Below, one piece after another: positions 1 through 10,176 of a stretch of DNA of 64,000 bases. Both the position numbers and the translations under genes were made by a program. The notes below the pieces were generated by a model. That model saw nothing but the letters and a program-made list of their open reading frames with translations. It made no database searches and was not told where the DNA came from. Each line of letters opens with the position of its first letter. Position 1 is the stretch's first letter. The DNA is taken from assembly GCA_016839555.1 (NCBI GenBank), contig JAEOUA010000007.1, positions 1 to 64,000 on the forward strand, written 5' to 3'. The DNA is from Promethearchaeota archaeon. GTDB taxonomy: Archaea > Asgardarchaeota > Lokiarchaeia > Sigyniarchaeales > SOKP01.

Positions 1-5
1 AAAAG

Positions 6-1444
6 ATAGCAAAGAATGTAGCTTCAACAAGAAGATTGAAATTTTTGTCAGTTTTAGCGTGGATTTATCGCGAAATACATAGCAAAGAATGTAGCTTCAA
101 CAAGAAGATTGAAATTAGGCAATAACAGGCGCGAGAATCGTTCCCATTGCCATAGCAAAGAATGTAGCTTCAACAAGAAGATTGAAATCTTGTGTGGCGT
201 AGTATTGCTCGGAAAGGGATTTACAGAATAGCAAAGAATGTAGCTTCAACAAGAAGATTGAAATTTGGGAGTGGGAGACATCAAGTAATCACTTAGTGAT
301 ATAGCAAAGAATGTAGCTTCAACAAGAAGATTGAAATACATCTTGGGGCGGGTTTAGAGAATTTAATGATAATAATAGCAAAGAATGTAGCTTCAACAAG
401 AAGATTGAAATTTAAGGCAATTTGTAAATGCTCTTAAAAGAGCATTTCCATAGCAAAGAATGTAGCTTCAACAAGAAGATTGAAATAAAAGAAACGCGAT
501 AATTAGTATTGAACACTTAGCCGATAGCAAAGAATGTAGCTTCAACAAGAAGATTGAAATTCATTATGGACTCACCCTTTCGCGTTCTTTATCTATTAAA
601 TAGCAAAGAATGTAGCTTCAACAAGAAGATTGAAATCTATAATTCCCACCAATTGATCCTATATGTGTCCAAATAGCAAAGAATGTAGCTTCAACAAGAA
701 GATTGAAATAAAGGAGGTTCGATAATTAGCATTGAACATTTACACAATAGCAAAGAATGTAGCTTCAACAAGAAGATTGAAATTTAAAAGAGGTTTATAC
801 TATTGTAGAATTATGGAAATTATAGCAAAGAATGTAGCTTCAACAAGAAGATTGAAATTCAGAGGGAGCATTTGTGGGAGGGGTTAAAGCAGCAATAGCA
901 AAGAATGTAGCTTCAACAAGAAGATTGAAATTTAACATTATGATTAGTATCATAAGGCTTAAATTGATATAGCAAAGAATGTAGCTTCAACAAGAAGATT
1001 GAAATTCCTTATTGTCTCGGGTTTATATTGCATTGCCATTTTTTTTATAGCAAAGAATGTAGCTTCAACAAGAAGATTGAAATTCAAGAAAAGGAACTTC
1101 TATCAGCATTAAAAAAAACAGATAGCAAAGAATGTAGCTTCAACAAGAAGATTGAAATCTTAAAGAAATTTATACTACTGTAGAATTGTGGAAATATAGC
1201 AAAGAATGTAGCTTCAACAAGAAGATTGAAATCCAATCAGAGTTATCTACATTATATAACATTATTTTATAGCAAAGAATGTAGCTTCAACAAGAAGATT
1301 GAAATAGAGGAGGAGGTGAAAAATAAAAAATGAGTCAAGCAATAGCATAGAACGTAGCTTCAACAAGAAGATTGAAATTCAATTGTTTCGAAAATTGCTT
1401 TTAAATCATCTTTATATAGAAGAGAATATAACTTCAAGAAGACT
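6..1444 (+). CRISPR. CRISPR array, trailer end; runs off the left edge. 19 repeats of 37 bp, a degenerate 20th, 19 spacers of 36-41 nt
   Basis: Repeat starts at 6,79,152,228,301,375,450,524,600,673,747,822,895,969,1047,1122,1196,1269 (all exact), 1342 (2 mismatches) and 1416 (degenerate). The CTTC-AACAA-GAAG hairpin followed by the ATTGAAAT handle, and decay at the right end, give + orientation. Confidence 0.99.
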
Positions 1445-1640
1445 CGGTTATCTTTTTTCTATCCTACAAATAAAATTTACCTTTAGAATATAGATCTTTT
1501 TACCAAATATTTGAGCAATACTATTATGTCTTTTCATAATTTAAAACCACTAAAAATTTTATTTTTAGAAATATACCTTTCAAATATTTAAAAATCTTAA
1601 TAATCCAGAATTACAATTTTCTTAACTTTTATGCAAGAGA

Positions 1641-1898
1641 TTAAAATTTTTTCACATTTTTTGCCTGGGGGCCTTTTTTGCCTTTCTCAATCTCGAACTC
1701 TACCTTATCTCCATCTTTCAAAGTTTTAAATCCATCTTTGTCTCCTTCTATTGCTGAATAGTGAATAAAAATATCTTCTTTTATTTCGTCTTTATCGGGC
1801 TCAATAAACCCATAGCCTTTTTGATTATTAAACCATTTTATTTTTCCGGTAACTCTTTTTTCTTTCCATCTATTAAATTCGTTTTTCCTTAATTGCTT
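1641..1898 (-). pseudogene. Cold-shock domain (CspA family) coding segment with no in-frame start codon; in frame with the upstream cas7 gene after its TAG
   Basis: Manual translation: [88 protein letters not shown]1 (KGYGFI) and RNP2 (IFIHYS) are intact. The ATG at 1869 is 1 nt out of frame. Confidence 0.9.
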
Positions 1899-3782
1899 CT
1901 ACCCTGTTTTATAAATTTTCTTCTTTTTAGACGGTCCATATTTATACAAATAAAATTCCTTTGTTAAAATATTCAATGGGTCTAAATTCTGAACGATTAA
2001 TGGTTTGAACGCACTTGCCTCCTCATTTACTTCTCTATTTTGCTTGAACCATTCAAAAATATCATCAGAATTAGTATTATTTGGGTATTCTATAGCAATA
2101 TTAGGTTCAATATTTTCTTTTATTTGAAAATTATTTATTTTTTTATAGATTTCCACAACTTTTTCATTAAATTTTAATTTCTGAAGAAAATTTTTAGTAA
2201 TATTTTTAACCTTCTGTATAATTTCGGTATTTTCTTGAATAATATAGTTTAGGTTAGAATTTTCATGATTTTTAAAATCCAAAAATATTTTTCTTAAAAA
2301 TAAATTTTGAACTGAAATTTGAACGCTTCCAAGTCCCAGGGGTTTGCCCATTCCTAATTTATGACCGCATTCCTTATTTCCTCCAATTTCTAAAGTCCAG
2401 ATCAACTGTTTTAGTTCTAGTTTAGATATGTTTTTAAAATACACATAAAATTCGAATTCAATACCTTTTTCTAAAGGTCTTACGTAAATATTCCGGTCAG
2501 AAACATTTTCTATTGATTCATAATTATCTTGATTAAAATCACTGTGCCAATAGAATTTTCTACCGTTAATTCTAGGATTATATTCTCTTAATAATTCATA
2601 ATTATTATATCCTCTCCACTTTTTGATCGCAAAATCGTAAGTCCATAGAGCGATATTATTTTCGGGCTTTTTAAGATAAAACTCGAAACTTGAAATTTTT
2701 GGAGTAGAAAGTTCAGGTAAGTATCCTGGTGGAAGATAATAGGAATCATCTAATTTCTTAATAGATTTTGCATCAGTAAATCTAATTCGTGATGAGACTG
2801 AATATTCGTTAATTCCATCCTTTCCTATATTTCCGAACAAAAAACATCCGGAACATAAATTATTCGGAGAATCACAAGGGTGATAATCTTTTATAACATC
2901 TTTTATTTTGTTTCTAAAGATGATTCTCCCGATTTGAGCAAAATCTAAATAATAATGATTACCAATTTTTTGATAATATATTAGTATGCGTTCTTTATTT
3001 TTCCATGATTCAAAATCTTTCGAAGACAAATCTATTTTTTCGTATCCTTGATGAAATGAATTTAAGCCATTATTGATTCTTGAATCTCGATAATACTGAA
3101 GATTATTATATAAATTATAAACATATAATTCGTTAACGCAAATAGGGTTTTCATTTATTTCATAAAAAGCGTACTCATAATTTTTTCCGTTATCCTCACC
3201 AAAGGGTTCTCCATGGTGTAAATATCCAGTTTCCCCTTGATAATTAATACTTTCACCTTCTTCTAAATCTTTGAAATGCCTTTCATAATCCTCCAAATCG
3301 ACTTTAAAATAATTGCAAGGTTGGATATACCATTTGTTATTATTATTATAATATAGAATGCCTGGTTTTTTAGGTTTTGGAAATCTATAATAGGTTATTT
3401 TATCTATATCCGTTGTAGAAAGGCAAGAATTTGTCAAAGCTTCATACGAATTTCTAATAACCCCTCTAATTTCGCAACCTGGAATAATAGGTTCTTCTGG
3501 AGGGAGCGGATCTTTTTTATCGACAAGGTTTTCATACGAAAAAAAATCATAACTATTACTATCCCTTATATTTGTGAAAGTTTTATTGTTTGAAGAATTA
3601 GGTATAAAAATTGGTGTCATTGTCTTTAAAGAACATCTTATCTTTCCTGTGTATTTATATTTATTAATATCCTTTTCTAAATCTTTTTTATTAAATCCTC
3701 TGGAACATCCCTCCTCTATTAAGGGTATAAAATGATAGGGATTTATGAATTTCTCCTCAGTTTTTATGTATTTATTTCCCAT
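1899..3782 (-). CDS. cas7: Type III-D Cas7-group RAMP with large insertion (TIGR03986-like)
   Basis: NPYHFIP N-terminus, IIPGCEIRGVIR, CxxC..LFG, GRKFYWH, and G-rich loop KLGMGKPLGLGSV. Confidence 0.9.
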   Translation of the reverse strand: MGNKYIKTEEKFINPYHFIPLIEEGCSRGFNKKDLEKDINKYKYTGKIRCSLKTMTPIFIPNSSNNKTFTNIRDSNSYDFFSYENLVDKKDPLPPEEPIIPGCEIRGVIRNSYEALTNSCLSTTDIDKITYYRFPKPKKPGILYYNNNNKWYIQPCNYFKVDLEDYERHFKDLEEGESINYQGETGYLHHGEPFGEDNGKNYEYAFYEINENPICVNELYVYNLYNNLQYYRDSRINNGLNSFHQGYEKIDLSSKDFESWKNKERILIYYQKIGNHYYLDFAQIGRIIFRNKIKDVIKDYHPCDSPNNLCSGCFLFGNIGKDGINEYSVSSRIRFTDAKSIKKLDDSYYLPPGYLPELSTPKISSFEFYLKKPENNIALWTYDFAIKKWRGYNNYELLREYNPRINGRKFYWHSDFNQDNYESIENVSDRNIYVRPLEKGIEFEFYVYFKNISKLELKQLIWTLEIGGNKECGHKLGMGKPLGLGSVQISVQNLFLRKIFLDFKNHENSNLNYIIQENTEIIQKVKNITKNFLQKLKFNEKVVEIYKKINNFQIKENIEPNIAIEYPNNTNSDDIFEWFKQNREVNEEASAFKPLIVQNLDPLNILTKEFYLYKYGPSKKKKIYKTG

Positions 3783-4465
3783 TATATTTCCTCTCCATTT
3801 TGATCAAAAATATTGCATAATCTTGCATCAAAAAATTTGATTAAACCTAATTTATTATATAAGAAATAATTGTGAATTTGATATTTTAATGGTAAATTTG
3901 AATTGGTAATTAAATCAAGAAAATTGATTTCAATCTGAGCTCCTTTTTTATTAGAAAGATAGTAAGCATCTAAACCTTCGATATTTTCTTTTTTTACTCT
4001 TTTTCCTTGAATATAATGGAATTCTTCATAAACATTTTGATCTTTCCATTGAAGATCATCTTTCTCTATATTCTCCTCTACACTTTGATCTTGCCTATAT
4101 CTCCAATAAAATCTATTATCAATCCGCCATATATGGATTTCTTTATTTTTATTAAAAAAGCGAGCTTCAAGAAGATAATTTGGCATTAACACTTCATGGA
4201 GTTTCTTTTTTTTCCTAATTTCGTCCAAATAAAAGGTGAATAACTTGACTTTGTGATAGAAATACATTAAAAAATAATTTCTTGAATTATTTTTATCGAC
4301 TAGATCTATAAGATCTTTTGTAATATTTGCTTCTAATTCACTAATTTTACAATTTTGTTTATTTAAAATACAAGATTTTACTGTTTTCACTTTGTTAAAT
4401 TTAAATGTTTTTAAATTTGCTTCTTTATTATTCATATCGATCCCTCCTATTATTATCTTTTCCAT
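3782..4465 (-). CDS. csx19: CRISPR-associated Csx19 (TIGR03984-like); true start probably 4435
   Basis: LLEARFFN..EIHIWR and C-terminal DARL motifs; position between cas7_2x and cas7-insert. Confidence 0.8.
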   Translation of the reverse strand: MEKIIIGGIDMNNKEANLKTFKFNKVKTVKSCILNKQNCKISELEANITKDLIDLVDKNNSRNYFLMYFYHKVKLFTFYLDEIRKKKKLHEVLMPNYLLEARFFNKNKEIHIWRIDNRFYWRYRQDQSVEENIEKDDLQWKDQNVYEEFHYIQGKRVKKENIEGLDAYYLSNKKGAQIEINFLDLITNSNLPLKYQIHNYFLYNKLGLIKFFDARLCNIFDQNGEEI

Positions 4466-5870
4466 CAGATTTTAATCTCCGAAAGATCTCATTCATGAAT
4501 TTATTACAGTAATCTTCGAATTTCGCTTCAGTGAGTATTTTGTGGTTAATGCTCATTTCTTTTGATTCTAGAATCCCTCGTCCTACAGATGTAGTTCCAC
4601 CAATCGATTGGAATCCATTCATTAGCTCTTTTATCCCAAGAAGGATCATTCCTACTTCATACTTTTTATAGTCCTTTATAGTAATGTGTAAATCTGTGGA
4701 TCCCCCATATGAAGCGCAATCGGTAAAGAGAGCACCATCGACTGCTCCACCTGTAAAACGATCTATTTTATTGTGAGTGTATTTCATTAGAACTCTTCTA
4801 TTATTTATTTTGGAGTGTTCTATATATATTCTTGATTTTCTTGATTGATTAGCTGATTGTTGAGTATCTATTGCGACAAAACCAAATAGCGATTCAATAA
4901 GATCGTTAAACACTTTATTATAGGTTTTATCCTCAATGATATCTTTGAAATTCCCATCTTTCAATAGCTCTCTCTTAATATCTCTAAAAATTTGGTAGAT
5001 AGCACTTCTTAGAGCCCCATTCCAAGATGTACCCGGAATTATACTTTCTTCATTTTCTTGAATGTGCACAATGTCAACTTCGCCAGGATCTGAAAAATAT
5101 TTGCCAATTAAGAGAGAATAAGGAATTCGAAAATTTACATGTAAAGTAAATAAATTTAAATCTTTAATATTTAATTTTTCAGCATTTAATTCATTTAATT
5201 TAGTATTTCCTTCAAAGTTCTCCCAATTTAAATTGATCCACTTCTCTAAGTCGTTTTTATCTGATAGATTTAATTTAAGAATCTCAACATCTTCTAATTT
5301 AATTTTTCCAAAGCCTCGTGTGGTCTTCGCGCCAAACTGCAATTCCCCATTTTTTAGAACAGAGAGAACTATAAACAATAAATTTTCCAATTTGGATAAT
5401 ATTTTTTGCTGATTCCGCCACAAGTTAGCTTCAAGTTTAAATTGAAATTTTGCTCCAGAATCTATAATTTCATAATCATATTTACCCATTTTCTGAGCAC
5501 TTTTATATAAATATTCATTATCTTTGGTTCCAATTTTAATACCGTCCCTTATAGAGATATTGTAATTCTTATCAAAAGGTTCTACGTCATAAAAAATTAA
5601 ATTACTTTGACACCCGTTTCCATTTTCTTGAAATCCAAATATTTCATTTAAAAAATCTTCATTTTCTTCATCCAAAATATGTGTTAGATAAGATCGAATT
5701 GTTCCAGCAACACTTGTCCCTGGAATTATAACCTCATTTAATCCATTTCGTATAAGATCATTATCTGTAAATATGCCATTTCCTGATCCTAAAGATAGGG
5801 GTGATATTAGGGATAATATCCCTTTGACAAATATTTTATGGGAAAGTGGATTTGTGTTCGTTTTATACAT
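4428..5870 (-). CDS. cas7: Tandem Cas7-Cas7 fusion (Cas7_2x, Csm3-like)
   Basis: Two RAMP units: IIPGTSVAG...GAKTTRGFG and IIPGTSWNG...IDRFTGG...GGTTSVGRG. Confidence 0.9.
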   Translation of the reverse strand: MYKTNTNPLSHKIFVKGILSLISPLSLGSGNGIFTDNDLIRNGLNEVIIPGTSVAGTIRSYLTHILDEENEDFLNEIFGFQENGNGCQSNLIFYDVEPFDKNYNISIRDGIKIGTKDNEYLYKSAQKMGKYDYEIIDSGAKFQFKLEANLWRNQQKILSKLENLLFIVLSVLKNGELQFGAKTTRGFGKIKLEDVEILKLNLSDKNDLEKWINLNWENFEGNTKLNELNAEKLNIKDLNLFTLHVNFRIPYSLLIGKYFSDPGEVDIVHIQENEESIIPGTSWNGALRSAIYQIFRDIKRELLKDGNFKDIIEDKTYNKVFNDLIESLFGFVAIDTQQSANQSRKSRIYIEHSKINNRRVLMKYTHNKIDRFTGGAVDGALFTDCASYGGSTDLHITIKDYKKYEVGMILLGIKELMNGFQSIGGTTSVGRGILESKEMSINHKILTEAKFEDYCNKFMNEIFRRLKSDGKDNNRRDRYE

Positions 5871-5899
5871 TATTTTATTGTTTTTACTATTAATTTAAA

Positions 5900-8164
5900 T
5901 CACCTTTTTTTAAGATTCCATTCTAATATTTTTAAAACCTTTAAGTAATAATTTTTATAATATTTAAAGAGATTAAATGTAAAAAGTTCATTTTCAATAA
6001 GGTCCGAAAATCGATTATTTAAGGTATTTAGTATGTCGTTAGTTACTATTTTCTTGATCTCAACATTGAATGTAATATCTTCTATATTTTGATTACTTGA
6101 TTTCAAATAGAGAAGATTATGAAAAGGTTTAAATTTTTTAAATCCGTTCTTAGATAATGCGTTAAATTTATTTTTTAAAGCACTATCATCATCTAAATCT
6201 ATAATAAGTGTTTTTAATCTTGTTAATTCTGAAATTGAATAATTTCTCTTATATTTACTAGACTTTGTATAGGCTAATTCATTAACCCTGTCGATTATAT
6301 AATTATCAAAGATAGAAATAAGAAAATCTTTAATTTCTTGAAGTCGAAATTCATCTTTAGATTGATCTTTGAGCTTTGAAATATTTAATTTTAAACCAGA
6401 ATCATCCGAAAGTTGACTTAATTGAATCTTACCAAATCCTTCATTTGTTTTAATACCTAAATGTAGTTCCTTAATCTTTGAGATTTCAATTTTTTGTTTT
6501 GATTCAATTAATAAAATACTACCTTTTTTTAAAGCTGGATACTGAATCTTCGGTAGTCCCCAGATGCCTGAAAATCCTCCTACATCTATTTTATCAATAT
6601 ATTGTTTATGAATTTCAAGCGAATTTTTTTCGATGCCTATTTTATCTTCAACTGTTTCAGTTAATATTTTTGGATTGGGTTCTGGATGTCCATAGGAGTT
6701 AAGCAAAATCATATCAGATTCAAGATATATTATGAATCTATTCACTTTCTGGTCTTTTCTATTCTCCCGATTATTCTTAACAAAGTAATTTTTTATTTGT
6801 AAGATACAATTTCCATATTGAGCACTTCGTGATTTGCCAAGTTGAATTTTAACTAATGTTGAATTTTTTTCTTCAAAAATTTCAAGTAATTTTTTAATGT
6901 AATAAGATTTTCCATAGATCTTACCACTGAAATGATAACCAGGATCGATAGATTCGTATTGAAAAAAATTTTGTTCTCCCTCTAGAGCGGATCCTATACT
7001 TTTATCCTTAGAACTTTGAAAATGATAGTTTACTGAGGTGTTCAAATTAACTAAATCACTCTTATTTACCTCGAAAATTTTATTATTATAGCAAAAACCT
7101 TCCAGATCACTAAAATTTTTATCGAGAGGTAAATCTTGATTAATCAAGTTAAGAAACTCATCCCCATATTTTAGTTTACATAAGGATTTTGGTATTGGTA
7201 AAGATCTATTTTTTATTTCTTTAAATGAATCGATAGGATAAAAATTGGAAAAGATTACATTATCCTCGAGAAAAATTTCTTTAAAATCTTGATTTTCATG
7301 AGCATTTTTTTTTAAACGATTAATTTTAATGAATTTATAGGCTAACACACCAAGTATCATAGTTCCTGGTATAAAGAAGGCTGTTTTATTTTTAAGCCCA
7401 ACGTAAGGAGTAATAATTAGAGGTTCGGTGTTAAATAAATCAAAATTTAATTCAACATAATTCTGGTCATTCAAATTCAAAATTTCTTCAATTAAAGAAG
7501 AAGATTTTTTTTCTTGTATGTCTGGTTTGTTTGTGTTGCTATCAGGTTTTTTTTCTATTTTCAGATTTATGTTTCCAAAACCTCTATTCCTATTTGATCC
7601 AAAATGTCGCGAAACACTACATATCTTTTTTAAATCTTCAAAGAAATCATTATCATCTTCAATCTTTTCGTCAGATATATTAATAGTAAACATAAATCTT
7701 AACCCTTTTTTTAATAATCTGCTCGTTCTTAACGATTTCTCATCAGCAACACCTGTCATATAATTCTCTATTTTGGTCTGCGTTCTGATAATGGTGAAAA
7801 GATCAATTATTCTCTCCCTACTGAATATTATATTTAATTTTTGCTTAGATTCTAAGTCAATATTATTAGATTTAATTGATTGTAATAAATTTCTTATCTT
7901 CCAGTAATTTTTAATATAACCATTTGATATTCTAAAAAACTCTTGGTACATTCCAACTTTACCAAATATCTCATCAACATCGAAATTGAGATAGAGTTTA
8001 AGATAAAAAGCATTTTTCCTTAAGATTCCTTTAATTCTCCGAGCGGGAATATAAGGAATACCAAATTTATCTGTAGTGATTTCTTTACTAATATAACGTC
8101 CATACGATTCTGCTTGTCCTGGAAGCGTATCGGATTTTAGTTCCATCTCTAAAGTAAAATCCAT
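5900..8164 (-). CDS. Cas7-Cas5(Csx10) fusion with helical C-terminus (putative Cas11)
   Basis: GIPYIPARRIKG...GSNRNRGFG (Cas7); FIPGTMILG, LGKSRSAQYG and GIKTNEGFG (Cas5/Csx10); ~130-aa helical tail. Confidence 0.8.
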   Translation of the reverse strand: MDFTLEMELKSDTLPGQAESYGRYISKEITTDKFGIPYIPARRIKGILRKNAFYLKLYLNFDVDEIFGKVGMYQEFFRISNGYIKNYWKIRNLLQSIKSNNIDLESKQKLNIIFSRERIIDLFTIIRTQTKIENYMTGVADEKSLRTSRLLKKGLRFMFTINISDEKIEDDNDFFEDLKKICSVSRHFGSNRNRGFGNINLKIEKKPDSNTNKPDIQEKKSSSLIEEILNLNDQNYVELNFDLFNTEPLIITPYVGLKNKTAFFIPGTMILGVLAYKFIKINRLKKNAHENQDFKEIFLEDNVIFSNFYPIDSFKEIKNRSLPIPKSLCKLKYGDEFLNLINQDLPLDKNFSDLEGFCYNNKIFEVNKSDLVNLNTSVNYHFQSSKDKSIGSALEGEQNFFQYESIDPGYHFSGKIYGKSYYIKKLLEIFEEKNSTLVKIQLGKSRSAQYGNCILQIKNYFVKNNRENRKDQKVNRFIIYLESDMILLNSYGHPEPNPKILTETVEDKIGIEKNSLEIHKQYIDKIDVGGFSGIWGLPKIQYPALKKGSILLIESKQKIEISKIKELHLGIKTNEGFGKIQLSQLSDDSGLKLNISKLKDQSKDEFRLQEIKDFLISIFDNYIIDRVNELAYTKSSKYKRNYSISELTRLKTLIIDLDDDSALKNKFNALSKNGFKKFKPFHNLLYLKSSNQNIEDITFNVEIKKIVTNDILNTLNNRFSDLIENELFTFNLFKYYKNYYLKVLKILEWNLKKR

Positions 8165-8166
8165 AT

Positions 8167-9861
8167 TTAAATCTCCTCCGTTGTGAGGGGTATTTTATTA
8201 TAATAGTCGATTAATTCAATTATATCATAATAGGGGGTTTGAGTCCATTCTTTAGATTCTAGTCCTAAGGCATCCTCAAGCTCTCTATTTCTCCTTTTAT
8301 TTTCCAATATAACTTCTCTTACTTTATCTTTTGAAATATGAAAGCTTTTTTGTAAGTTTTTTAATTGAGATCTAGGCCATTTTGAAGAATAGGATTTTAG
8401 ATGGTTTATTTTTTTTTCGAAATAGACCCATTCAAATCTTGAATATGTTTCGTTCTTTCCCCATTTTCCTAAAATAGCCCATGGTCTATAAAGTAAATTA
8501 TATTGTTCCATTCGTATATAATTATTATTTATTATTTTCTCTAATGCAACTGGTTTTAAACAGCCAGGGCAATTGTATTGTTGTCTTCTCATTGTCTCTA
8601 GATCAGAGGAAATACCACTGTTTAGGATTTGAAAGTCTAACCATGAAAATAGATTATCGTTGTTTTTAGTATTAGGGTTACAAATTTTTCCTTTTAATTT
8701 TGCTGATTTTGTTAATTCTTCTAAGAGAGGGTAAGATCTAGCAAAAGGAAATTTATAATTTGTCACTAAAACACCTCCAGAAATAGATATATTATTTTTT
8801 AACAAATCTATTTTATATTTCTCTTCTTGTCTCTCTTTATTTAAATTCTTGATAAAATTTTCCGCTAGCCCAACCCCCAATAATCCATGAGAAATAAAAG
8901 TTATATCATCACCACTTAAAATTATCGGTCTAATTGGAAGTAAGGATTTATAATTCTTTTTATTTTTTTCTTGCTTAATTATCTCTTCTTTTTCTAAGTC
9001 ATTTATATTATATATCAAATCAGCAATTGTCCTTCTCATCGCATTAAGAATAATAAATTCCAATTCGGTTGAAAATTTTCTGTATATGTATAAACCTCTA
9101 GCATAATCACTTTCATTTTTAATTAAATTCTTCACTAATTCCCCCATACTATTTCCATCAAGATGAACTAAAGCAATATGGTGTTCTCCTTTATGGAACC
9201 CTAACTTATCTAAATTCCTTGGAAATTCCCAATTTTTGTTCCCTTTTAGATAATTATTATTTTCAATAAGGCGATTCTCGTAATAATTTTTAGATTTTTC
9301 TTCATATTTTCTTTTTATGTATGTTGGAAAGGACAAATATTTTTGTTCACTATGAAATTGGGCCGGCAATTCTGTTTGGTTTTCCAATCTTGTAATACCA
9401 ATTCCTCCTTGAGGTTTATATTGTATAAATTGAGCTTTATTTTTATGCATTCTTCTATTTAATTTTTCTATATCCTTAGATAATTCTTTAAATAATATAT
9501 CTTGCGTTGCAACCATTATGGCTAATTCATTTCCCGTTTTTTCTAATATGTATTGCGAAAAAGTTTGTGTTACTTCTTTTTCTAATTCTTTATTTTTATA
9601 TAAAATTAACGCATTTCCTCCAGCAATATATATTGGTAATATTTCTATATCGATTTGGTTTATATCAATAACATCTGAAAAATTAATATAATTTTCTCCA
9701 ACCTTTTCTAATTTTCTCTTAAGGATTACCTTAAAATCCTCAAGGATCGATTCAATTAGAAAAGAACCACCAACATTTTCCTTTAATTTATTAGTGTTGA
9801 AGATAAAATTTTGGATACCTCTTATATCATATAAAGCTAAAGTATATTGTTCTTGATTCAT
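8167..9861 (-). CDS. cas10: Cas10, type III-D short form lacking the HD domain
   Basis: DIRGIQNFIF, YIAGGNA, HLDGNSMG, palm motif ILSGDDITF, KFPFARSY. Confidence 0.92.
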   Translation of the reverse strand: MNQEQYTLALYDIRGIQNFIFNTNKLKENVGGSFLIESILEDFKVILKRKLEKVGENYINFSDVIDINQIDIEILPIYIAGGNALILYKNKELEKEVTQTFSQYILEKTGNELAIMVATQDILFKELSKDIEKLNRRMHKNKAQFIQYKPQGGIGITRLENQTELPAQFHSEQKYLSFPTYIKRKYEEKSKNYYENRLIENNNYLKGNKNWEFPRNLDKLGFHKGEHHIALVHLDGNSMGELVKNLIKNESDYARGLYIYRKFSTELEFIILNAMRRTIADLIYNINDLEKEEIIKQEKNKKNYKSLLPIRPIILSGDDITFISHGLLGVGLAENFIKNLNKERQEEKYKIDLLKNNISISGGVLVTNYKFPFARSYPLLEELTKSAKLKGKICNPNTKNNDNLFSWLDFQILNSGISSDLETMRRQQYNCPGCLKPVALEKIINNNYIRMEQYNLLYRPWAILGKWGKNETYSRFEWVYFEKKINHLKSYSSKWPRSQLKNLQKSFHISKDKVREVILENKRRNRELEDALGLESKEWTQTPYYDIIELIDYYNKIPLTTEEI

Positions 9862-10176
9862 TGTAAACCACTCTCTTGCATTTTTTATTAATACGCTTTA
9901 ATCAGCTTACTTTTCCTTATTAAAATCTGTAATCTTTTGGATTTTTATAATTAATTTTAAAATCTTATATCTAATTATTCTGATTCCTTGAAATAAGAAT
10001 AAATAAGATTATTATTATAATCTTACTAATTTGTTTTTATTATTTAAGAATATTTTATATTTTTTTCTTTATATATAATAAATTTAGATATGTTCCCTTT
10101 TAAAATTATTCTTGAATCCTTAATATATAATATTTTGAACTAATTCTTTTTGATAAATTTTATTCCTTTTTTCATA

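Noticed and set aside
1890-1901. Genome-wide TAG recoding (pyrrolysine) or a TMV-like readthrough signal at the cas7 stop
   Set aside because: gatB and other genes end at TAG at normal length, and CAATTA is one codon away from the TAG rather than adjacent.
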